The notes under the pieces: model-generated
Told to the model about the DNA's origin: nothing
The model's input: the letters and a program-made list of their open reading frames with translations, nothing else
The model's database searches: none
Assembly (NCBI GenBank): GCA_900551225.1
Contig: URUZ01000001.1
Location: forward strand, 1-35,949
Source of the DNA: an uncultured Clostridium sp.
GTDB lineage: Bacteria; Bacillota; Clostridia; Lachnospirales; Lachnospiraceae
Reading direction: 5' to 3'
DNA length: 35,949 nt
Program-made: the position numbers and the translations under genes
Shown: positions 26,713 through 35,949 of the stretch, one piece after another
How positions within the stretch are numbered: position 1 is the stretch's first letter
Layout: the number at the start of each line of letters is the position of its first letter

Positions 26713-27624
26713 ATGAAAATGAATGCAAAGAAAGTAATGAGCCTTGTGATGGCCGGCCTTCTGGCAGCAGCTTCTCTGACTGCATGCGGCGGCAGTTCTT
26801 CAGGAAGCACCACAGCAGCCCAGTCCCAGGCAGCAGGCCAGGACAGCAAAGAGACCACAGCAGCATCCGGGGAGAAGAAAACCCTTAAAGTTGCAATGGA
26901 GTGTGCATACGCCCCCTACAACTGGACGCAGCCAAATGATGCCAACGGAGCGGTACCCATCGCTGACAGCAATGAATATGCATACGGATATGATGTAATG
27001 ATGGCCAAGAAGATCAGTGAGGAGCTGAACTACGACCTGCAGATCGTGCGCCTGGACTGGGACTCCCTGATTCCGGCACTGCAGAGCGGACAGGTTGACT
27101 GCGTAATCGCGGGACAGTCCATCACCTCTGAGCGCCTTCAGGCAGTTGATTTCAGTGAGCCGTATTATTATGCAACCATCGTGACTCTGGCCAAGAAGGA
27201 CAGTAAGTTTGCCCAGGCCAAGAGCGTCGCTGATTTAAAGGGAGCCACAGCTACCTCCCAGCAGAGCACCATCTGGTACAACACCTGTCTGCCCCAGATT
27301 GAGGATGGCAACATCCTGCCTGCAACAGCCAGCGCACCGGACATGCTGATGTCCTTAAGCGCAGGCAAATGTGATATCGTTGTAACCGACCAGCCTACCG
27401 GCAAGGGCGCTCTGATCGCTTATCCGGATTTTGTGCTGATGGATTTTGGCGGCGGGGAGAATGATTTCGCTGTAACTGAGGAAGATATCAACATCGGCAT
27501 CTCCATGAAAAAGGGCAACACGGAATTAAAGGCCGCCATCGACGGCGTTCTGACCAAGATGACCAAGGATGATTACTCCAAGATGATGGATGAAGCAATT
27601 GCTGCCCAGCCCCTGAACAACTGA
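26713..27624 (+). CDS. Polar amino-acid ABC transporter substrate-binding lipoprotein
   Basis: Lipobox SLTAC, MECAYAPYNW, GYDV, WDSLIPALQSG, DFSEPYY. Start set at ATG 26713 after aagaggag. Confidence 0.92.
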   Translation: MKMNAKKVMSLVMAGLLAAASLTACGGSSSGSTTAAQSQAAGQDSKETTAASGEKKTLKVAMECAYAPYNWTQPNDANGAVPIADSNEYAYGYDVMMAKKISEELNYDLQIVRLDWDSLIPALQSGQVDCVIAGQSITSERLQAVDFSEPYYYATIVTLAKKDSKFAQAKSVADLKGATATSQQSTIWYNTCLPQIEDGNILPATASAPDMLMSLSAGKCDIVVTDQPTGKGALIAYPDFVLMDFGGGENDFAVTEEDINIGISMKKGNTELKAAIDGVLTKMTKDDYSKMMDEAIAAQPLNN

Positions 27625-27657
27625 TCAGGAACAGGGCGACAGTAAGGAGACAGAGGT

Positions 27658-28449
27658 ATGCCAACAGACTTTTTAGGCCGTGTAATGGTCGTATTTAACC
27701 GATATGGAATGTCCATGCTGCAGGGCGCAGGCGTCAGCATGGGAATTGCCCTGGTGGGCACTGTGATTGGCTGCCTGATCGGATTTGCAGTGGGAGTTGT
27801 ACAGACAATCCCATCCGAGCAGGGGGACAATCCGTTGAAGCGCGGGGTGCTGTGGGTTGTTAAAATGGTGCTGAACGTTTACGTGGAGTTTTTCCGCGGC
27901 ACGCCCATGATGGCCCAGGCCATGTTCATCTACTATGGCCTGTTCCCGCTGCTGAATGTCAGTATGTCCATGTGGGGGGCAGCGTATTTTATCCTTTCCA
28001 TTAATACGGGCGCTTATATGGCCGAGACAGTCCGCGGCGGAATCCTTTCTATTGATTCAGGGCAGACCGAGGGTGCGAAATCCATTGGAATGACCCATGT
28101 ACAGACCATGCTGTTTGTAATCATGCCCCAGGCGCTGCGCAATATTATGCCTCAGATCGGCAACAACCTGATCATCAACATCAAGGACAGCTGCGTGCTC
28201 TCCGTCATCGGCACTGCGGAGCTGCTTTATAAGACCAAGGCAGCAGCAGGCGCGCTGTATATGAACTTCGAGACCTACACCATCACCATGATCATGTATT
28301 TCATTATGACATTTACCTGTTCCAGAATCCTGCGCCATCTGGAGAACAAGATGGACGGGCCGGACAATTTTGACCTGGCGACCACGGACACCCTGGCTTA
28401 CACCAGCGGCATGTACCGTTTCCCGGGCGAGAAGAAGGAGGATGCGTGA
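27658..28449 (+). CDS. Polar amino-acid ABC transporter permease
   Basis: [35 protein letters not shown]. Confidence 0.93.
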   Translation: MPTDFLGRVMVVFNRYGMSMLQGAGVSMGIALVGTVIGCLIGFAVGVVQTIPSEQGDNPLKRGVLWVVKMVLNVYVEFFRGTPMMAQAMFIYYGLFPLLNVSMSMWGAAYFILSINTGAYMAETVRGGILSIDSGQTEGAKSIGMTHVQTMLFVIMPQALRNIMPQIGNNLIINIKDSCVLSVIGTAELLYKTKAAAGALYMNFETYTITMIMYFIMTFTCSRILRHLENKMDGPDNFDLATTDTLAYTSGMYRFPGEKKEDA

Positions 28450-29192
28450 TGAAGGGAGACAGAATCTTAGATATCCGCCATTTGAGCAAAACCTTTGGCA
28501 GCAATCCTGTGCTTAGGGATATAGACTTCTCCGTCAACGGCGGGGATGTAACCTGTATCATCGGAGCCTCCGGCTCCGGTAAATCCACCCTGCTTCGCTG
28601 CCTGAATATACTGGAGACGCCCACCACGGGTGAGATCCTGTACCACGGCGAGAACATCGTGGGCGGCAAAGTCAATGCTGCCCAGTACCGCTCCAAGGTG
28701 GGAATGGTGTTTCAGAGCTTTAACCTGTTCAACAATATGAATGTGCTGGACAACTGTATGATCGGACAGACAAGGGTGCTGAAGAAGAACAAGGAAGAGG
28801 CCAAAAAGAACGCCATGTATTACCTGGAAAAGGTAGGCATGGCCCCCTATATCAACGCCAAGCCGCGCCAGCTGTCCGGCGGACAGAAACAGCGTGTGGC
28901 CATTGCACGGGCCCTGGCCATGGAGCCGGAGCTGCTGCTCTTCGATGAGCCCACATCCGCCCTTGACCCCCAGATGGTGGGGGAGGTGCTGGAGGTTATG
29001 CGCAAACTGGCGGGGGAAGGCCTGACTATGATCATCGTGACCCACGAGATGGCATTTGCCAGGGACGTGTCCAGCAGAGTGGTGTTCATGGCGGGCGGAG
29101 TCATTGCCGAGGAGGGGGCGCCAAAGGAGATCTTTGAAAACCCGCAGAATCCCCAGACAAAAGGATTGTTAGGGCGGTTTATGAGAGGATAA
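28446..29192 (+). CDS. Polar amino-acid ABC transporter ATP-binding protein (GlnQ-like)
   Basis: [32 protein letters not shown]. Confidence 0.95.
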   Translation: MMKGDRILDIRHLSKTFGSNPVLRDIDFSVNGGDVTCIIGASGSGKSTLLRCLNILETPTTGEILYHGENIVGGKVNAAQYRSKVGMVFQSFNLFNNMNVLDNCMIGQTRVLKKNKEEAKKNAMYYLEKVGMAPYINAKPRQLSGGQKQRVAIARALAMEPELLLFDEPTSALDPQMVGEVLEVMRKLAGEGLTMIIVTHEMAFARDVSSRVVFMAGGVIAEEGAPKEIFENPQNPQTKGLLGRFMRG

Positions 29193-29195
29193 GAT

Positions 29196-29240
29196 AAAAG
29201 ACCTTTTCCGGCGCTGCGGAGCGCTGTGAAAAGGTCTTTT
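29196..29240. terminator. Bidirectional intrinsic terminator
   Basis: aaaagaccttttc ... gaaaaggtctttt, 13-bp arms between convergent genes. Confidence 0.8.
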
Positions 29241-29338
29241 GCTGTGAAGGGTCTTTATCGGTACGCGGTGAATCGCTGGCATAGCGGGCGGTTCATCGTT
29301 GGGAGCGTGGGAAGGCGCAGGAACCTGTGGAGCAGTGT

Positions 29339-30312
29339 TTACAGTTGGTAACGTTTGTATAGCTGCCTGCGGATCTCCGGGTCGGAAGTCACTGCCCTCA
29401 CCAGGTCTAGGCGGTTGTCATTTATCAGGGTGTTAATCAGGGTGGACAGGCGGTCTTCACCGATTGTTTTCCCGATTTCTTTCCCAAGTTCTTTCCCTCG
29501 TCAATTAAATCATCAATGGCTTTACACATGTCGAAATCCTCCATATTTTGGAAATTCTCTGTCAGCCTGGCCAGGCGTTTTTGTTCGCCGATCAGGGAGA
29601 GCAGGGCCATTTTGGCGTTGCTGCTCATCTGAAGCAGGGCTGTTCGGTTGTCCCGGACATACTTGTAGAGTGCTTCTTTATCTGTATTATATTTTAGCAT
29701 ACCGAAAATGTATTGTAAATGAGTTTGAAAACGAGTAATGTCCTCCATGCGGCAGGCCTGGATCAGGTTGATTTTGTAATCGGGGATATAGGGTTTCAGC
29801 TCCAGCATTTCCCCGGCGGCGTGTTCCAGATCCAGGAGTTCATGAAGGCTCTGGCAGCCATCCCAGGGATCCTTGCCATAGTATAAAACCATGGTGATAA
29901 CCGGGATCAGGCGGTCATCTTTGCTGATACCGGAGAGAAATCCGGCGCTGTCCATTTTTTCATGGGTCTTGCGGCGCTTATCACAGATGTTCTGAACCTG
30001 CATGGTGTAGTCCAGGGCATCATAGAGCATGGAGCGCACAGCCATGGCATAGTGGACGCCCGCCTGGTTTTCTGCCGCGATAACGGCCAGTATTATGTTG
30101 TTTTTTGCGCACATGGTGACATCCCTCTGCCTTTGAAGTGTCTTTTTAAGGCCGGCATCATCGGCGGTCTGAATGCCTGAACGTCCGGTGATCAGCGTCA
30201 GATCCTGAGGTTTTATAATCTGGCGGCCATGAAAAAGGATACCGTTGCACAAATCTGCGAAGCAGTCTTTGTCAGCGATCATCTGGTTGATATAAAGGTC
30301 CTGTTCGGCCAT
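29339..30312 (-). pseudogene. Rpn/YhgA-like PD-(D/E)XK nuclease gene with an apparent 1-nt frameshift near the 3' end
   Basis: FADLCN, RDV...ENQ, YAMAVR..LYDALDY, PVIT.VLYYG..PWDG, DYKINLI, MCKAIDDL. Adding one A at 29492-29494 extends the frame with KELGKEIGKTIGEDRL...RRQLYKRYQL* to 29339. As given, the frame stops at 29437. Confidence 0.78.
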
Positions 30313-30485
30313 TTTCTTTTCCTTTTCTGTAGTATTGTCTGACACAGTTAACAAGTACGACTAAAAGACCCTCAAAGACATCACCACCTAAATTAAATTG
30401 CGTCCGAGTAAAAATTGCTGTGACTCCAGCTGGAACAAAAGAATTAATAAGAATATAAGAAAAAATCATATTGCTGAGTGTTCAC

Positions 30486-30513
30486 ATTATATCATATCGG
30501 TGAAAAATTACAA
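30486..30513 (-). promoter_or_regulatory. Candidate SigA promoter of the Rpn-like gene
   Basis: Minus strand TTGTAA-16 nt-TATAAT with extended TG. Confidence 0.5.
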
Positions 30514-30540
30514 GACTTAAAGCTGGATATTATATATTTA

Positions 30541-30589
30541 AATGCAGCCAATGAAAAGCCTGATTCCCTGGCTCTCCATTGGCTGTATT
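30541..30589 (-). terminator. Hairpin downstream of the small ORF
   Basis: aatgcagccaatg...cattggctgtatt inverted repeat. Confidence 0.55.
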
Positions 30590-30602
30590 TCCATCCGGTC
30601 CA

Positions 30603-30673
30603 GGGCGTGTCTTAAAATTGCTTTCCGTCAGCTGTGCGTTACACTTTGCGGGAATGAATTTCAAGACACGCTC
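30603..30673. mobile_element. 71-bp MITE-like element with 17-bp terminal inverted repeats
   Basis: gggcgtgtcttaaaatt vs aatttcaagacacgctc (15/17), flanked by CA on both sides. Confidence 0.5.
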
Positions 30674-30678
30674 CAGGA

Positions 30679-30858
30679 TTATTTCGCCTGGTTTGACGGA
30701 ACCTTTGCTTTCGTAATGTAGGGATATAAATCCTCATAAGCTTCCCGTTCCGCCTCCGACTGGGGGAGGGATGGGATCAGGCCGGTGCAGTCCATCGTGG
30801 AGCAGGCCTGTATATCAATGTCAAAATCATCGCTTTTCTTTACATCGGTTTCCTTCAT
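30679..30858 (-). CDS. Small acidic hypothetical protein (59 aa), absent from the ORF track
   Basis: RBS AGGAGGTGA; MKETDVKKSDDFDIDIQACSTMDCTGLIPSLPQSEAEREAYEDLYPYITKAKVPSNQAK*. Confidence 0.8.
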   Translation of the reverse strand: MKETDVKKSDDFDIDIQACSTMDCTGLIPSLPQSEAEREAYEDLYPYITKAKVPSNQAK

Positions 30859-30887
30859 GCTTAATCACCTCCTGCTGCAAAACGCAT

Positions 30888-30936
30888 AAAAGCAGCTTTC
30901 ATCCGCATTGTTAGTATGCGCAGGAAGCTGCTTTTT
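30888..30936 (-). terminator. Likely pyrG terminator
   Basis: aaaagcagctttc ... ggaagctgctttt with an inner cgcat/atgcg stem. Confidence 0.65.
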
Positions 30937-30995
30937 AGCAGGGACGCCCTCAGGCGACTGCTGGCGTTTCAGGCAAATCCAGGGGATTTATGGGT

Positions 30996-32600
30996 TCATC
31001 CTCTGGCATTTACGGCGGCGCCGATGAATCCTGCAAACAGCGGATGGGGACGGTTGGGTCTGGACTTTAACTCAGGATGGGCCTGAGTGGCCACGAACCA
31101 GGGATGGGCGGGGATTTCAACCATCTCCACAATGCGTCCGTCCGGGGAGATCCCGGAGAGCTTCATGCCGTGGCCGGTCAGTTCACCGCGGTAGTCGTTG
31201 TTCACCTCATAGCGGTGCCTGTGGCGTTCGTGGATGGTCTCTGCGCCGTACAGTTCATAGGCCTTGGAGTCCTTGTCCAGAACACAGGGATAGGAGCCCA
31301 GGCGCAGGGTGCCGCCAATGTCCTCCACGCCGTCCTGTTCCGGCATAAGATGGATCACCGGGTGGGTGGTGGCGGGATTCAGTTCCACGCTGTGGGCGTC
31401 CGCATAGCCCACTACATTTCTGGCAAACTCCACAATGGACAGCTGCATGCCCAGACACAGGCCGAGGAATGGGATGCTGTGTTCCCTGGCATACTGGATA
31501 GCACAGATCTTGCCCTCGATTCCCCGGTCCCCGAAGCCGCCGGGCACCAGGATTCCATTGACTCCGTCAAAGATTTTCGAGGCATTTTCGCGGGTTACAT
31601 TTTCAGAATCCACCCACTTGATGTGTACCTGGGCGCGGTTTGCCACGCCGCCGTGCCGGAGGGCTTCCACCACGGAGATATAGGCATCGTGGAGCTGGAT
31701 ATATTTTCCAACCAGTGCCACTGTCACCTCCTGCTGGGGATGTTTCCAGGCATTGATCATGGCTCGCCAGTCCTCCAGATCCGGCTGGGGGCAGTCTAAC
31801 TGCAGGCATTCACAGGCCACCTGGGCCAGATGCTCCTCCTCCATCACCAGGGGAAGCTCATAGAGCACGTCCACATCCAGGTTCTGGATTACATGGGAAA
31901 CGGGAACATTGCAGAACTGGGCGATCTTGCTGCGGATGCCGTCGTCCAGAGGCAGCTCGCTGCGGCATACCAGGATGTCGGGCTGGATACCCATGCCCTG
32001 CAGATCCTTGACGCTGGCCTGGGTGGGCTTGGTCTTAAGTTCCCCGGAAGCCTTTAAGTAGGGGATCAGGGTCACGTGGATGCTGCATACATTTCCCGGC
32101 CCGGCCTCCCGCTCAAACTGGCGGATGGCTTCCAGGAAGGGCTGGCTTTCGATATCGCCCACCGTGCCGCCGACTTCGATGATTGCAATCTCTGTTTCAG
32201 TGGAAGAATAGTTTCTGTGGAAGCGGCTTTTGATTTCATTGGTGATATGGGGGATCACCTGAACCGTCCCGCCTCCGAAGTCGCCCCGGCGTTCCTTCTG
32301 CAGAACGGTCCAGTAGACTTTACCGGTGGTCACATTGGAATTCCTGGTAAGGCTCTCGTCGATAAAGCGCTCGTAATGCCCCAGGTCCAAATCTGTTTCG
32401 GCACCATCATCAGTCACAAACACTTCGCCGTGCTGGACCGGATTCATGGTGCCGGGATCAATGTTGATATAGGGATCGAACTTCTGCATGGTCACTTTGT
32501 AGCCCCGGGCTTTCAGCAGACGGCCCAGGGAAGCCGCGGTAATGCCTTTTCCAAGTCCGGAAACCACGCCGCCAGTGACAAATACGTATTTAACCGGCAT
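30996..32600 (-). CDS. pyrG: CTP synthase
   Basis: [53 protein letters not shown]. Confidence 0.98.
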   Translation of the reverse strand: MPVKYVFVTGGVVSGLGKGITAASLGRLLKARGYKVTMQKFDPYINIDPGTMNPVQHGEVFVTDDGAETDLDLGHYERFIDESLTRNSNVTTGKVYWTVLQKERRGDFGGGTVQVIPHITNEIKSRFHRNYSSTETEIAIIEVGGTVGDIESQPFLEAIRQFEREAGPGNVCSIHVTLIPYLKASGELKTKPTQASVKDLQGMGIQPDILVCRSELPLDDGIRSKIAQFCNVPVSHVIQNLDVDVLYELPLVMEEEHLAQVACECLQLDCPQPDLEDWRAMINAWKHPQQEVTVALVGKYIQLHDAYISVVEALRHGGVANRAQVHIKWVDSENVTRENASKIFDGVNGILVPGGFGDRGIEGKICAIQYAREHSIPFLGLCLGMQLSIVEFARNVVGYADAHSVELNPATTHPVIHLMPEQDGVEDIGGTLRLGSYPCVLDKDSKAYELYGAETIHERHRHRYEVNNDYRGELTGHGMKLSGISPDGRIVEMVEIPAHPWFVATQAHPELKSRPNRPHPLFAGFIGAAVNARG

Positions 32601-32734
32601 AATTTTAAACCTCCTTCTTGATATACTATAATGTGTCGTGTGGGGTTAAAAAATAACCAATATATTATACAACCAGTTATTCCATAATGCTAGGAGTTTT
32701 TTCAAAAGATTTAATAAATTTCATTGTTCTTTTC

Positions 32735-32763
32735 TTGATTTATGGAGAGACTGACACTATAAT
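32735..32763 (+). promoter_or_regulatory. SigA promoter of ftsH
   Basis: TTGATT-17 nt-TATAAT. Confidence 0.7.
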
Positions 32764-32828
32764 GGTAGAGAATGGGTTTTTATGGATCTATACTTTAGTA
32801 TAACCTATTCAGAGGGAGATTTACACAT

Positions 32829-34931
<2,103 letters not shown>

Positions 34932-34940
34932 TGGAGATCG

Positions 34941-34987
34941 CGGGCTTTTGCACACGGCCGGAAACGGCCGGGCAAAAGCCCGTTTTT
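34941..34987 (+). terminator. Intrinsic terminator after ftsH
   Basis: cgggcttttgc ... gcaaaagcccg plus T5, inner cggccg-gaaa-cggccg. Confidence 0.8.
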
Positions 34988-35071
34988 GCTGCCGGTAAAG
35001 TCGGAAGGCCGGGGAATCCCGGAGAGTGAACCGGCTGCATATAATACGAAAAAGGGTAAGGAGAAGCGACA

Positions 35072-35881
35072 ATGAAGATTATTGATGCACATCTGCATTT
35101 TTGTCCGGGAAAGGAGTATTTTGACGGTATCGCCGTGGCGGCAGGCCATGTGAACACAGAGGAACATCTGAGGGAACAGTTTGATTCCCTGGGAATTGTG
35201 CACGGCATAGTTATGGGGAACAGGGGTCTGGACTGCCGGGAACATGTATATCCGGATTTTTTAAGCTATTGTGTGGGGCTTAACAGCAGCGAGATGATGA
35301 AGGAGAGACTGGACCAGGCTTCTATTGACCAGATTGAGGAGAATCTGCGCTCTGAGCGCTGTGTGGGAATCAAGCTGTATCCGGGTTACAGCCCGGTGTA
35401 TGTGACGGACTCTGTATTTGAGCCGGTGTACGAGCTGGCAAGGACTTATCATAAGCCGGTGGCGATTCACACCGGAGCGACCGCAGGTTCCGATGCGCTG
35501 TTAAAATACAGCCATCCTTTGACCCTGGACGAGGCCGCTGTACTTCACCCCCAGGTACAGTTCGTGATGTGCCATATCGGGAACCCGTTTCTCATGGATG
35601 CGGCTGCCGTGCTGGAAAAGAATGAGAACGTCGCCGCCGACCTTTCTGGTCTGCTGGAAGGCTGTTTGGATGTGAAGGCATTCTGCCGGGAGAAACGGCG
35701 TTATGTGGAAGCAGTACAGACATGGACCGAGTATGTGAATAACTATGATCAATATATGTTTGGCACTGATTGGCCGCTGGTCAATTTAGAGGATTATATT
35801 GAGTTTATCAAATACCTGGTGCCGGAGCGGGCCTGGGAGAAGGTGTTTTATGAGAATGCAGTGAGGATATATGGGATTTAG
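35072..35881 (+). CDS. Amidohydrolase_2 family metal-dependent hydrolase
   Basis: IIDAHLH, GIKLYPGY, PVAIHTG, CHIGNP, MFGTDWP. Confidence 0.88.
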   Translation: MKIIDAHLHFCPGKEYFDGIAVAAGHVNTEEHLREQFDSLGIVHGIVMGNRGLDCREHVYPDFLSYCVGLNSSEMMKERLDQASIDQIEENLRSERCVGIKLYPGYSPVYVTDSVFEPVYELARTYHKPVAIHTGATAGSDALLKYSHPLTLDEAAVLHPQVQFVMCHIGNPFLMDAAAVLEKNENVAADLSGLLEGCLDVKAFCREKRRYVEAVQTWTEYVNNYDQYMFGTDWPLVNLEDYIEFIKYLVPERAWEKVFYENAVRIYGI

Positions 35882-35949
35882 GGATTAAAATGGCGCGGAA
35901 GGGTACGCGGGCGGAGTAAGATTCATCCGTCCGTGAGAGTCAGTGGCTG

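Noticed and set aside
29339..30312. Calling the Rpn-like gene an IS transposase
   Set aside because: No terminal repeats or target duplication bracket it. The 'putative transposase' label for this family is historical.
30272..30469. 65-aa ORF upstream of the Rpn-like gene
   Set aside because: Overlaps the Rpn start out of frame, has no RBS and no recognisable features.
32601..32700. Bacillus-type pyrG GGGC reiterative-transcription attenuator
   Set aside because: No GGGC start or leader terminator is seen on the minus strand.

Overview
A 36-kb chromosomal window from what looks like a GC-rich gut Firmicute (Lachnospiraceae/Enterocloster-like, inferred from gene content and RBS style). Housekeeping content: XRE-cupin regulator plus potABCD, a lactonase-aroC-ROK block, cyclophilin lipoprotein, MATE pump, polar amino-acid ABC transporter, pyrG, ftsH and an amidohydrolase. 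The more interesting parts are: (1) a divergent module of a SARP/BTAD-type regulator with a degenerate GGDEF-like tail, an unknown protein built from four 42-aa units and a class B sortase, with an 11-bp-phased direct repeat ending 8 bp upstream of the -10 box; (2) a sigma54-dependent five-gene catabolic operon for an unidentified hydroxy-acid; (3) an Rpn-like nuclease gene with an internal RBS for a putative intragenic antitoxin and a 1-nt frameshift in that part; (4) a decayed dinJ-yafQ remnant fused to the ROK gene; (5) long nested palindromes belonging to a dispersed repeat family; (6) a promoter-led structured non-coding region; (7) a 59-aa ORF missed by the ORF track. No rRNA, tRNA or CRISPR array was seen. 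All calls come from reading the sequence; no searches were run.
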